DNA of 64,000 bases from Planctomycetota bacterium. Its GTDB lineage: Bacteria > Planctomycetota > UBA1135 > UBA2386. The DNA lies in the NCBI GenBank assembly GCA_046290465.1, contig JBKAGP010000001.1, positions 1,184,001 through 1,248,000 on the forward strand, written 5' to 3'. How positions within the stretch are numbered: the first letter of the stretch is position 1; each line of letters starts with the position of its first letter. Positions 26,928 to 38,195 of the stretch are shown here, piece by piece. Under the pieces are notes generated by a model, which ran no database searches, was not told the DNA's origin, and was given only the letters and a program-made list of their open reading frames with translations. A program made the position numbers and the translations under genes.

Positions 26928-29073
26928 GACGGTGCGAACGCATCAGCCGCCGCATCAGCCCGCGCGCCAACCGGTGCAGCGGCGGCGCCTTCTCGAGCAG
27001 GCCGGCGAGCCGCTCGGCAAACACGTAGCGCGTGACGCCGGGCCGGGCCCGCTGCGCGATCCGCGCCGGCCGCTCGGGCGGCAGCTCGATGCCGCGGATC
27101 GCGGCGACGTGCGCCCCGATGCCGCCGGACTGCAGCAGGTCGCGCAAGGCGTCCCGTTCGTCGTCGTCGTCGGCCCGGGACAGCTCCCGCTCGACCAGCA
27201 GGCCGACCTCGCCGAGGTGGCTCGCCCACCGCTCCGCGTCGAACGCCTCCACGCGCGCAAACGTGCGCGCACCGAGCGCCTCGGTGACGCGCTCGATCGG
27301 CAGGCCGCGCCGGGCCATGCACAACCAGAAGCTCCATTCCGGGTAGCGAACGATCTCGGGGTCGAACCGCACCCCGTGCCGGGCAAACACCTCGCGGCGG
27401 AACCACACGCCGGCGTCCTCGCGCGCGTGACGCAGCAGTTGCACCGGCCGGTCGAAGCACAGCGGCGTGACCCGGGCGATCGGCTCACCGTCGGGCGTGA
27501 CCGCGTCGAACCCGGTCTGCACCGCCATCGCCGCGGGCGCACTGCCGAACGCCCGGACCACCGCGCCGACGTGTGCTGGCGCGAGCCGCGTGTCGGCGCC
27601 GACGCAGAGCACGAGCGCTCCCGAGCAGGCCGCGACGGCGCCGTTGCGGGCGGCGGCCGGGCCACCCGGGATCGCGAGCGCGCGCACGCGCGCGTCGGCA
27701 CCCGCGGACGCGACCTGATCCGCATCCCGCGGATCGTGCGCGAGCACGACCTCGAGATCGCGGTAGTCCTGCTCGAGGACCGAGGCCAGCGACGCCCGCA
27801 CCGCCTGCCACCCACCGGGGCGGTCGCGTTCGGCGACCACGACCACCGAGACGAGCGGCGCGGGCGCGGCCGCCGGCGGCGGTGCCTGGCGCGCCGCCAC
27901 CAGCCCGGCGATCGCGTCGACGTAGCGGCGCGGCTCGCACAGTTCGCGGATCCGGGTCGCGGCGCTGCGGCCGATCTCGTCGAGCCGCGGCAGCGCCGCC
28001 GCGAGGTCGTCCTGCACCACCCGCACCAGATCCGCCGCGTCGCCGCCGTCGACGACGAAGCCGCTGACGCCGTGCTCGATCATCTCGCCCATGCCGCCGT
28101 TCTGGCCGCCGATCACGACGCGGCCGGCCGCCATCGCCTCGATGCACGTGTTGGGCCAGTTCTCCCACGGCGACGGCAGGATCACGACGTCCGCCTGCTG
28201 CAGCCGCTGCAGCATCTGCTCGCGCGGCAGGCGCCCGAGGAAGCGCACGTTGCCGGCGCCGCGCGCCTGCAGGTAGGCGACCTCGCTGGTCTGCAGCGGC
28301 GACGTCTCCCCGTCGCCGCCGATGCAGTCGATCGACAGCCCGGGCATCGCGGCAAACGCGTCGACCAGCTGGCGCACGCCCTTGCGCGGCTCGATCCGGC
28401 CGAAGTAGAGGAAGCGCAGCTCGTCGAGGCGGCGGCCCGGTCGCGGCAGCGCGGCCGTGAGCCCCGGCAGCTCCATCGGGTAGCGGATGATCTGCGCGAA
28501 GTCCCCGGGCAGGCCCAGCCGCTGCGCGACCATCTCGCGCAGGCGCTGCGACGGCGACCAGACCACCGGCGCCCGGCGGATGGTCGCGTCCTCGATCGCC
28601 ACCAGGTCGCGCTCGGCGGCGACCATCAGCCGCAGCGTCAAGTTGTACTCGCTGCATTCGTGCGTCGGCGAATGCAGCACGACCGCCACGACCGCGTCGC
28701 CGAACGCCCGCGTGCGCCGCTGCTGCTCGACGACGCACGCGCCCCAGCCGCCGAAGTCGGCGAACTCAATGTAGTCGAACGGCTGGCCGGCCTGCACCAG
28801 GGACCGTTCGGCCAGCGCAGCGAACCGCAGCGCTGCGCCGCCGAACGCGAACGGCGGCATGCCAGCGGCGCCGCCGGTGTCCTGCACGAACACCACCCGG
28901 TGGAAGTCGCGGTGCGCCCGCAGCCGTTCTTGCGCCGCGCCATCGGGCGCCTCGGTAACCAGCCAGACCTCGTGCCCGGCCGCGGTCAGCGCCTTGGCCG
29001 CCTCGGCCACGTAGGTGCCGATGCCCCCGCCGCGCACGCCGGCGAGTTCGTAGCTGCACAGCGCGATCCTCAT
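26899..29073 (-). CDS. Bifunctional glycosyltransferase (GT4 N-terminal + GT2-like C-terminal)
   Basis: MRIALCSYEL..GGIGTY, YFGRIEPRKG, PSPWENWPNTCIEAMAAG; then PLVSVVV, LASVLEQDYRDLEVV, GPAAARN. Confidence 0.9.
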   Translation of the reverse strand: MRIALCSYELAGVRGGGIGTYVAEAAKALTAAGHEVWLVTEAPDGAAQERLRAHRDFHRVVFVQDTGGAAGMPPFAFGGAALRFAALAERSLVQAGQPFDYIEFADFGGWGACVVEQQRRTRAFGDAVVAVVLHSPTHECSEYNLTLRLMVAAERDLVAIEDATIRRAPVVWSPSQRLREMVAQRLGLPGDFAQIIRYPMELPGLTAALPRPGRRLDELRFLYFGRIEPRKGVRQLVDAFAAMPGLSIDCIGGDGETSPLQTSEVAYLQARGAGNVRFLGRLPREQMLQRLQQADVVILPSPWENWPNTCIEAMAAGRVVIGGQNGGMGEMIEHGVSGFVVDGGDAADLVRVVQDDLAAALPRLDEIGRSAATRIRELCEPRRYVDAIAGLVAARQAPPPAAAPAPLVSVVVVAERDRPGGWQAVRASLASVLEQDYRDLEVVLAHDPRDADQVASAGADARVRALAIPGGPAAARNGAVAACSGALVLCVGADTRLAPAHVGAVVRAFGSAPAAMAVQTGFDAVTPDGEPIARVTPLCFDRPVQLLRHAREDAGVWFRREVFARHGVRFDPEIVRYPEWSFWLCMARRGLPIERVTEALGARTFARVEAFDAERWASHLGEVGLLVERELSRADDDDERDALRDLLQSGGIGAHVAAIRGIELPPERPARIAQRARPGVTRYVFAERLAGLLEKAPPLHRLARGLMRRLMRSHRRRDERAMRG

Positions 29074-29147
29074 GCGTGCCCCCCTTCTAGCGGAAAGGCC
29101 GCGCGGTTTGCATGCAGAGGGGCAACCGCTACTGTTCGCGACGTCCC

Positions 29148-30029
29148 ATGCGCATCTCGGTGATCCTGCCCACGAAGGACCGCGGTCCCGAGATCGACCG
29201 GACGTTCGACGCGCTGCTGGCGCAGCAGCTGCCGCGCGCCGACTACGAGGTCGTGGTCGTCGACAACGCATCGTCGCCCGCCAACGCCAGAGCACTGGTC
29301 GCGTGGTGCGAGCGACACCCGGACGTGCTGCGCTACGTGTGCGAGCCCGAGCCGGGCCTCAACCTGGCGCGCAACGCGGGCATCGCCAACGCCCGTGGCG
29401 AGCTGCTCGCGTTCCTCGACGACGATGCGATCGCCGCGCCGCACTGGCTGGCCGAGCTGGTGCGCGCGTTCGACCAGCACCCGGCGGCGTGGGCCGTCGG
29501 CGGCCGGATCGTGTCGGAGTTCACGTCGACGCCGCCCGACTGGCTCGACGAACGGTTCGCCAACTACCTGAGCGACTTCGACCGCGGCGACGCGATCCGC
29601 GAGCTGCACTACGACGACTACCCGCGCGGCGCCAACATGGCGTTCCGACGGCACGCGTTCGAACGGTGCGGACCATTCGCGCCGGGCCTCGACCGCAAGG
29701 GCGACCTGCTGCTCAGCAACGGCGACATCGAGATGTGCTACCGCGTCGAGCAGGCCGGCCACGACGTGCTCTACGTGCCGGCCGCCGACGTGCGGCACCT
29801 GATCCGCGGCGACCGGCTCGACTTCGGCTGGTTCGCGCGCCGCGCCTACTGGCAGGGCCGTTCGCAGGCGCTGTTCGAGCGCATGCACTTCGGCCGCCTG
29901 CACCTGCTGCGCAAGCTGCCCTACCGGCTGCTGCGCACGCTCGTCAGCGCCGACCGCTACCGGCGGGCGCTGCATCGCGGGCTGTGCGGCGGAACCTGGC
30001 GACACCTGCTGCAATCCCGGTTCGACTAG
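29148..30029 (+). CDS. Glycosyltransferase family 2
   Basis: ISVILPTKDR, YEVVVVDN, GLNLARNAG, FLDDD, GANMAFRR. Confidence 0.92.
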   Translation: MRISVILPTKDRGPEIDRTFDALLAQQLPRADYEVVVVDNASSPANARALVAWCERHPDVLRYVCEPEPGLNLARNAGIANARGELLAFLDDDAIAAPHWLAELVRAFDQHPAAWAVGGRIVSEFTSTPPDWLDERFANYLSDFDRGDAIRELHYDDYPRGANMAFRRHAFERCGPFAPGLDRKGDLLLSNGDIEMCYRVEQAGHDVLYVPAADVRHLIRGDRLDFGWFARRAYWQGRSQALFERMHFGRLHLLRKLPYRLLRTLVSADRYRRALHRGLCGGTWRHLLQSRFD

Positions 30030-30874
30030 GTGTCGCGCTCGCCGGCGCTCATGCGCATCTCGCGGTCCATGCCGACCACTCCCATGGTCGCGATCGACAG
30101 CAGCAGGCCGTAGAGCATGAACGGGTTGCTCAACAGGTTGCGACCTTCGATCAGGCCGAACCCGAGCATGCCCATCACCATGAAGTGGAAGCGCGTGCCG
30201 CCGGCCAGTTGCGCGACCGCGCCGACGACGGCACCCACCGGCACGTAGATCAAGAAGCGCAGCGGGTCCCCGGTCAGGAAGATCAGCAGAATCGAGTTCA
30301 CGAAGAACATCCCGGCCCCGTAGCCGGCCGCCCGCCGGATGCGCGCGCGCGCCTCCTTGCCGCTGGTGTCGTAGCGGTGCCGTTCCTCCGACCAGCTCGC
30401 GCGCAGCCGCTCCTGCTCCTGTTCGGGCAGTTCGCGGAACCAGGGTTCGAACTCGCGTGGGTCGCGGTCCGAGGCGCGCGCGACCTCGAACTCGGGTTCC
30501 GGCGGCGGCGGCGGCGGCGGAGCCGGCAGGTCGCCGGCGACGAACTGGCCGTGCAGCTGGTCGTTGGCGATCTGCGCCTGCCGCCCCTTGCGGCGCGTCC
30601 GGTCTTCGCGCCGCTGCAGCTCGGCGACCAGGCTGGTGCCGGTCCCCGACCTGGCACAGCGCTCGGCCAGCTCGCGCAGCATGCGCTCGCCGCGCTCGTT
30701 GCGCGGCGGCGGCTCCGGCTTCGGCGGCGCGGGCGGCGCCAGCAGCTCTTCGGGCACGAGGCCGTCGGGCGCCACCGGCTCACCGGGTGCGTCGAGTTCG
30801 CCGGGCCCGAGCGCCTGCTGCTCCGGCGTCAGCGGTGCCCAGTCATCGTCCGCGTCCTGGTCGTGGCCGGTCAT
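30026..30874 (-). CDS. Hypothetical membrane protein (Pro-rich N-terminus, ~4 C-terminal TM helices)
   Basis: Typical codon usage; hydrophobic C-terminal segments; start uncertain. Confidence 0.7.
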   Translation of the reverse strand: MTGHDQDADDDWAPLTPEQQALGPGELDAPGEPVAPDGLVPEELLAPPAPPKPEPPPRNERGERMLRELAERCARSGTGTSLVAELQRREDRTRRKGRQAQIANDQLHGQFVAGDLPAPPPPPPPEPEFEVARASDRDPREFEPWFRELPEQEQERLRASWSEERHRYDTSGKEARARIRRAAGYGAGMFFVNSILLIFLTGDPLRFLIYVPVGAVVGAVAQLAGGTRFHFMVMGMLGFGLIEGRNLLSNPFMLYGLLLSIATMGVVGMDREMRMSAGERDT

Positions 30875-30976
30875 CCCGACCTTTTCGACCGTTCGCACGG
30901 CACCGCTGCTCGACGGGCCGACCCGCCGATGCCATCGCGGCTTGAACCGCATCGCGTCACTCGCGATCCTGCGCAC

Positions 30977-31507
30977 ATGAACTCGCCTATGCGCTGGGCC
31001 ACGCTGGCCCTATTCCTGGCCACGACGGCCTGCTCGTTCCACAGCACCGCCACCCACTGGAACGGCATGTACGATGCCGACGGCAAGCCGGTGTTCGTCA
31101 AGACCACCACCAACGTCGGCTTCAACCTGCTGATCCTGCTGCCGATCGCCGGCAACACGACCATCGACTCGATGATCGACGAGACCACCGCCGAGATCGC
31201 CCGCGAAGGCGGCAGCCGCGTGCGCCTGGTGCAGAGCGGCTCGGAGAACTACTGGTACGGCTGGTCGCCGTTCACCTGGGTGCTGACGCCCGTCGTCACC
31301 GACGTCGTGATCGAATACGAACCGAGCAAGGTCGCGCTCGATGCGGCGATGGCCGACAACCGCGCCGCCGCGCAGCGCCATCGGCAGCGCGCGCAGGGCG
31401 ACAACACGCACATCGTGCCCGGCCCGCGGGACCAGCAGCCGCAGCCGCAGGCCGACGCGCCGCTGTCCGGCGCCGAGCCGACCGTGACCGGCCGCCACGG
31501 CGGCTGA
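30977..31507 (+). CDS. Hypothetical lipoprotein
   Basis: MRWATLALFLATTAC lipobox-like signal; typical codon usage. Confidence 0.7.
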   Translation: MNSPMRWATLALFLATTACSFHSTATHWNGMYDADGKPVFVKTTTNVGFNLLILLPIAGNTTIDSMIDETTAEIAREGGSRVRLVQSGSENYWYGWSPFTWVLTPVVTDVVIEYEPSKVALDAAMADNRAAAQRHRQRAQGDNTHIVPGPRDQQPQPQADAPLSGAEPTVTGRHGG

Positions 31508-31554
31508 ACCTGCGAGGGGCTTGGCGACCCCGGCTTGCGGCCTACATTGGGCCG

Positions 31555-32070
31555 ATGATGCAGTTCGCCGAGCCCGGATCGCGGCACTACCGCAGCCCGC
31601 GCGAACGCCCGGTCTGGCGCGTCGTGCTGTTCGTCGCCGCGGCCGCCGGGGTCGCCGCCGCGACGCGGCCGTGGCTCCGCGTGCGCTTCGAACGACTGTT
31701 CGGCGAGCACTTCGGTCCACCCGGGTGGCAGACGTCGGCCGGCTTCACGTGCCTGTGCACGTGCGCGCTGGTCGCCGTGATGGCGCTGGCCGAGACCCAG
31801 ACCCGCACCACGCAGCGTGCGGTGCGTCCCGCCAGCCTGCTGCTCGCCGGCGTGATGACGCTCGCCGTGCTGCTGCACGTCGCGCGCGGGCCCGGCATGC
31901 TGCGCGGCGTGTCGGCGGCCTGGACCGTCAGCGTCTACGTCGGCTGCGTCGCGAGCGTCGCGCTGCTGGCGGCGTGCGCGATGCGCTTCGCGCAGCAGCG
32001 TCCCCGCCGCCGCGCGCCGGGCGCGGAGCGACCGGAGCCGCGCCGGACCGACCAATCGCGGCCCCAATAA
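31555..32070 (+). CDS. Hypothetical membrane protein (~4 TM helices)
   Basis: 171 aa, four hydrophobic segments. Confidence 0.55.
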   Translation: MMQFAEPGSRHYRSPRERPVWRVVLFVAAAAGVAAATRPWLRVRFERLFGEHFGPPGWQTSAGFTCLCTCALVAVMALAETQTRTTQRAVRPASLLLAGVMTLAVLLHVARGPGMLRGVSAAWTVSVYVGCVASVALLAACAMRFAQQRPRRRAPGAERPEPRRTDQSRPQ

Positions 32071-32152
32071 GAACGGCAGCAGTCGCGGGGAAACCGGTAG
32101 CGCGATTGGGCGGTCGTGCCGTTGCGACCACGTCGCTAGAGTCTGCAGGTCC

Positions 32153-32717
32153 ATGCAAGGCCTGCTGAGCATCGCCGCGCGCATCGACGCGTGGAACCGC
32201 CGGGTCAGCGTCGTCGTCGGCTGGCTGCTGCTGCTGATGGTGCTGGTCGGCGCCTACAACGCGATCGCGCGCTACCTCGAACGCGACGCCGGCCTGCAGT
32301 TGTCGTCCAACGCGCTGCTCGAGCTGCAGTGGTACCTGTTCGGCACCGCGTTCCTGTTCGGCGCGCCCCATGCCCTCAAGAAGGGCGCGCACGTGCGCGT
32401 CGACGTGCTCTACGGCGGCCTCGCCGAACGCACGCGGCACTGGATCGACCTGTGCGGCGCCGTGCTGTTCCTGATCCCGGCGTGCGCCTGCGCGGTCTGG
32501 CTGAGCGTCGACTTCGTGGTCGACTCGTGGCGCGGCGACGAGTGGTCCAACGATCCCGGCGGCCTGCCGCGCTGGCCGATCAAGCCGGCGATCCCGCTGG
32601 CGTTCGCGCTGCTGCTGCTGCAGGGCGTCTCCGAAGCGATCAAGCGGTGGGCCGTGCTGCGCGGGGTCGCGACCGCGGCGCAGCTCGAGCTGCACGCGCA
32701 CGTGGAGGGCGGCGACG

Positions 32718-32728
<11 letters not shown>
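32153..32728 (+). CDS. dctQ: TRAP transporter small permease
   Basis: ELQWYLF, HVRVDVLY, DPGGLPRWPIK; 4 TM helices. Confidence 0.92.
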
Positions 32729-34055
<1,327 letters not shown>

Positions 34056-34058
34056 CCG

Positions 34059-35192
34059 CTACGCCCACGCAAACGCGGCGTAGGCGAGCTCGTTGGTGCC
34101 GAGCCACCTGGTCGACTCCTTCGCGAACGCGCGCCAGTGGTCGCGGATCCTGCGGTAGGTCGCATCCTTGCTGGCTTCGTCGTCGACCAGCGAACGGCTG
34201 GCTTCGCGCGCCGCGGTCAGGATCTCCCGGCCGAACGGCCGCAGCTGCACGCCCTTGTCGAGCAGCCGCTGCAGCGCGCGCGGGTTCTCACGGTCGTAGC
34301 GCTGCATCATCGTCTGCGCGGCCTGCTCGATCGCGCCTTCGAGGATCGCCTGGTAGTCGGACGGCAGCGCGTCGAACGCCTGCTGCGAGACCATGAACGA
34401 CAGGCTCGGCCCCGGCTCCCACCAGCCGGGGTAGTAGTAGTTCTTGGCGATCTCGTAGAAGCCGAGCTTCTCATCGTCGTACGGACCGACCCACTCGGTC
34501 GCATCGATCGCGCCCCGCTCCAGCGCCGGATAGATGTCGCCGGGCGCGAGCATCTGCACGCTGACGCCGAGTCGATCCATCGCCTTGCCGCCGAGGCCGG
34601 GGATCCGCATGCGCAGCCCCTTGAGGTCCGCAGGCGTGTGGATCTGCTCGCGGAACCAGCCACCCATCTGCGCACCGGTGTTGCCGCACGAGTAGTTGCG
34701 GATGCCGAAGTCGGCGTAGACCGCGCGCAGCAGTTCGCGGCCGCCGGCCTGCTCGAGCCAGGCGGTCTGCTGCCGCGCCGTCAGCCCGAACGGCACGCAG
34801 GTGTCGAACGCCAGCGCCGGGTTCTTGCCGGTGTAGTAGTAGCCGGCCGACTGGCCGATCTCGGCCGAGCCCTTCTGCACCGCGTCCATCACCTGCGGCG
34901 CCGGCACCAGCTCGCCGGCCTGGTGGCAGCGGATCACGAACGCGCCGTCGGTCATCGCGGCGACCCGCTGCGCCAGCACCTCGGCGACGCCGTAGATGCC
35001 GTCGAGCGTGCGCGGGAACCCCGACGCGAGCCGCCACTCGACCCGCGCGCGACCCTTGCCGTCGGTCGGTGTCGCGGCCTTGCGCTCGCGCGAGAACACC
35101 CCTGCCGCGGACGCGGCGACGATGCCGCCGGCGGCACCGACGAGGCCACCGGTGACGAAGGCGCGGCGCGAATCCGAGGGCTGCTCGCTCAT
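34059..35192 (-). CDS. dctP: TRAP substrate-binding protein DctP (TakP/keto-acid type) with Tat signal
   Basis: SRRAFV Tat motif; GNTGAQMGGWF, KGLRMRIPG, IDATEWVGPYDDEKLG, YYYPGWWEPG; ATG at 35192. Confidence 0.93.
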   Translation of the reverse strand: MSEQPSDSRRAFVTGGLVGAAGGIVAASAAGVFSRERKAATPTDGKGRARVEWRLASGFPRTLDGIYGVAEVLAQRVAAMTDGAFVIRCHQAGELVPAPQVMDAVQKGSAEIGQSAGYYYTGKNPALAFDTCVPFGLTARQQTAWLEQAGGRELLRAVYADFGIRNYSCGNTGAQMGGWFREQIHTPADLKGLRMRIPGLGGKAMDRLGVSVQMLAPGDIYPALERGAIDATEWVGPYDDEKLGFYEIAKNYYYPGWWEPGPSLSFMVSQQAFDALPSDYQAILEGAIEQAAQTMMQRYDRENPRALQRLLDKGVQLRPFGREILTAAREASRSLVDDEASKDATYRRIRDHWRAFAKESTRWLGTNELAYAAFAWA

Positions 35193-35261
35193 TCGTGCAG
35201 CGTAGCGCCGCAGCAGGTTCGTTCCCGCCACGACGGCAAAACCCGGCCGCCCGCGGCGCTC

Positions 35262-35344
35262 GGAGCGCGTCCATGTAGTGGACGCGCTGCCGACCGTGAT
35301 CGCGGAAGCGGCGTGTACGCGTGCGGACGGGGCTTTGCCCACTA
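35262..35344 (-). repeat. ~83-bp dispersed palindromic element, copy 2 (REP/REPIN-like)
   Basis: Near-identical inverted copy of 26818-26899; GTAGTGGAC...GCCCACTAC inverted ends at 35275-35345. Confidence 0.85.
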
Positions 35345-36216
35345 CCGGTAGCCGAGTTCGTCGAGCATCGCGCGCTGCGTGCGTTCGACGATGGCCAGCT
35401 GCTGCTCGTCGAGCGCGTCGCGCCAGCGGCCGATCGACGACTTCGGGTCCTTGCTGGTGCCGTGCGCGGCGAACACCTCGCCGCTCTTGCGCGTCAGGAA
35501 CTCGTGCACCGCCGGGTCGTCCGACAGCTCGCAGAAGCGCAGCAGTTCGGCGACCGTGCGCGGCTCGTGCAGCACCAGGTCCTCGTAGCGGACCCGCAGC
35601 ACCTGCCGCGCCGGCTTCAGGAAGTCGATCAGCTGCCGGTTGAGCCGCGCCCAGTAGACGCAGTGGTCCTCGAAGTCCATGTCGGGCGCGTCGGCCTCGC
35701 GGCGGTCGCGCATCTTGTCGTGGTGCTTCTCGCCGGACAGCGCGCTGTCGCGGCCGTCGCGCACGATCAGCACCCAGTGCGCCCGCGGGAACATCTGCAC
35801 CAGGTCCGGCACCACTTCCGGGAACTGGAACTTGTCGGCCCAGCGCCGGAACGGCCGACCGGCGAAGCGGCGGCGGTAGAAGTCGCGCCACGCGAACATC
35901 AGGCCGTCGCGCGCCGCCTCGGCGAAGTCCTTGGTGTAGACCTCGGGGATCAGCCCCGTCAGCCGGAACTCGCCGTGCTGCATCGTGCGCAGCTGCGGCA
36001 GGTACGACAGCCGGTGCGTCAGCAGCAGGTAGTGCGCGACGTTCGACTCGTGCGTCAGCGCGACGTCGGGGTGGCTGTCGAGGATGTTGGCCGGTGGGTC
36101 GAACCCGAGCGCCCCGAGCTGACGACGAAGATCGGCGCGTCCCAGCGCACCGATTCGCCCCGGATCCGATCGAGGTCCGGGGCGGTCTGCAGCAGCGGAT
36201 CGTCGGGCTCGGCCAT
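35342..36216 (-). pseudogene. Sulfotransferase (Sulfotransfer_3 type), frameshifted by a 1-bp deletion at ~36093 (pseudogene or assembly error)
   Basis: From ATG 36216: PIFVVSSGRSGSTH, continuing in another frame as ANILDSHPDVALTHE...RWADK, LIVRDGRD, VRYEDLV, SSIGRWR; the 875-nt span is not a multiple of 3. Confidence 0.85.
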
Positions 36217-36223
36217 CGCTCCG

Positions 36224-38191
36224 CTACAGCTCGTCGGGGCCGCCGACGTAGCCGAGGTAGGCGCTGGCGACGACCACGTAGGGGCTCGCCAGGTAGACCT
36301 GCCCCGGGCCCGAACGGCCGGGGAAGTTGCGGTTGATGGCCGACACCGTGACCTCCTCGGGCGTGAACGACACGCCCGGGCCCGCCTTGATGCAGGCGCC
36401 GCAGCTCGGATCGATCAGCTCGACGCCGGCATTCTCGAACAGCTGCACGTAGCCCATCTTCTCGGCGTAGTCGCGGATCTTCTGGCTGCCGAACTGGATG
36501 TAGGTCTTCGCCTTGAGGCTCAGGCCCTTGTCGGTCGCCTTGCGCACGACCTCGGCATACATGTCCATGTCCGCCTTCTTGCCGCCCGTGCACGAACCGC
36601 CGTAGGCGATCTGGCACGCGACCTCGCCGTGCTCCTTGCGGAACGCGGCGAGCGCGATGCCGTTGCGCGGGTCGCCCGGCGTCGCCACCGTCGGCGCCAC
36701 GTCGCCGAGGTCGATGTCGAAGGTCTTGCAGTAGCTCGCACCTTCGTCGGCCGTGACGATCTGCTGCCGCAGGTGGTCCTTGTCGGTGCCGCGCAGCGCG
36801 TGGATCTGCTCGACGACGACCTCGTCGGCCTCGATGATGCCGGTGAAGCCGCCGGCCTCGACCGCCATGTTGGTCAGGGTCGCGCGCTCGTCGAGCGACA
36901 GCGCCATGGTCCCCGTGCCAGCGAACTCGAGCACCTTGCCGATGCCGTCGCCGCTCTTGAAGAACGGGTCGCTGAGCAGGTGCAGCATGACGTCCTTGGC
37001 GCAGACGCCGTCCTTGAGCTGGCCCGTCAGGTTGACCCGCACCGACTCCGGCACCTTGACGCGCACGTCCTTGGTGAACCAGCTGTTGGCCATGTCGGTC
37101 GAGCCGACGCCGAACGCAAAGCAGCCGATCGCGCCGGCCATGCAGGTGTGGCTGTCGGTGCCGATCACCAGCTGGCCCGGCTCGGCCAGGTCCTCGATGA
37201 CGATGTTGTGGCAGATGCCCTCCGAGCCGACGGTCTTGCCGTCCCGCTCGACCTCGCCGTAGAGCCGCACGTCCTGCGCCTTGGTGAACGACTCCTGCAC
37301 CGTCGCGAGCGACGCCGCCTGGTCCTTCAGGCCCATGTCGATGTGCTTCTGCGGCATCACCCGATCGAGGAACGTCAGGTGGTCGCGGAACGCGAACACC
37401 GAGCCCGGATCGTGCACCTTGGCGTCCTCGCCGAGGCCCATCTTGAACAGCGCCTCGGCCATCGGCGTGACGTACTCGTGGCTGAACCGCACGTCGGTGC
37501 GCACGAACAGCGCGTCGCCCGGCTGCACCGCCTCGATGCCGAGCTGGCCGGTCTTGGCGTCGGCGATCGCGCGCTGGCTGATGATCTTCTCGCACAGCGT
37601 CATCGCGCGCTTCTGCGTCGCGACCTTCGGCGGCGCGGTCGCGCCGGCCAGGCGCGCCTTGTTGTAGGCGAACAGGCCGCCGTGGCGCACGATCTCGGTG
37701 GCGATCGGATCGAGGCCCTTGGTGAACTCGTCGATCGAGATCTGCTCACCCGCCTGGATGCGGTCGATCAGCGAGAAGTCCGTCGACGTCAACAGGCCGA
37801 TGTTCTGGCAGTTCTGGCCGTAGATCTTCTCGATGTTCTTGGCGATGACGAGCTGCACGCCCGCCTTCAGCTCGCTGAACGGCGCCGTCTCGCGCGAGCT
37901 GCCACAGCCCTTGCTGACGCCGCTGACGATCACCGAGAACTTGCCGTTCTTGATCGCGTCCTTCTCGACGTTGCCGCCGCGCAGGCCCACCAGGCAGTAC
38001 CGCGCGAGCGTCTCGTCGTAGTAGTAGCAGACCCAGCCCGGCGTCAGTTCGTCGGTCGAGATGTTGTCGATCAGCTTCTGGTCCTTGCCGTCGGGCAGGT
38101 CCACGCCGTCGTAGAGCTGCGCCTTCAGCAGCGTCTCGTCTTCGGTCAGATACAGGATCCGGCCGTCGAAGGTCATGTTGGAGTCACGCAT
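36224..38191 (-). CDS. Aconitase-family hydro-lyase; fused swivel (LeuD-like) N-terminus + [4Fe-4S] (LeuC-like) C-terminus
   Basis: DNISTDE and GCGSSRE (small subunit) precede MTLCEKI, FRDH, EGICH, GTDSHT, GSCTGG, PSCGAC and NRNFPGR. Confidence 0.9.
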   Translation of the reverse strand: MRDSNMTFDGRILYLTEDETLLKAQLYDGVDLPDGKDQKLIDNISTDELTPGWVCYYYDETLARYCLVGLRGGNVEKDAIKNGKFSVIVSGVSKGCGSSRETAPFSELKAGVQLVIAKNIEKIYGQNCQNIGLLTSTDFSLIDRIQAGEQISIDEFTKGLDPIATEIVRHGGLFAYNKARLAGATAPPKVATQKRAMTLCEKIISQRAIADAKTGQLGIEAVQPGDALFVRTDVRFSHEYVTPMAEALFKMGLGEDAKVHDPGSVFAFRDHLTFLDRVMPQKHIDMGLKDQAASLATVQESFTKAQDVRLYGEVERDGKTVGSEGICHNIVIEDLAEPGQLVIGTDSHTCMAGAIGCFAFGVGSTDMANSWFTKDVRVKVPESVRVNLTGQLKDGVCAKDVMLHLLSDPFFKSGDGIGKVLEFAGTGTMALSLDERATLTNMAVEAGGFTGIIEADEVVVEQIHALRGTDKDHLRQQIVTADEGASYCKTFDIDLGDVAPTVATPGDPRNGIALAAFRKEHGEVACQIAYGGSCTGGKKADMDMYAEVVRKATDKGLSLKAKTYIQFGSQKIRDYAEKMGYVQLFENAGVELIDPSCGACIKAGPGVSFTPEEVTVSAINRNFPGRSGPGQVYLASPYVVVASAYLGYVGGPDEL

Positions 38192-38195
38192 CGGC

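Noticed and set aside
34059..37595. 1178-aa ORF as a giant DctP fusion (likewise the long 5' extensions on gltA, thiolase and the second kinase)
   Set aside because: The extensions are off-frame read-through of upstream genes; the real starts have clear family N-termini
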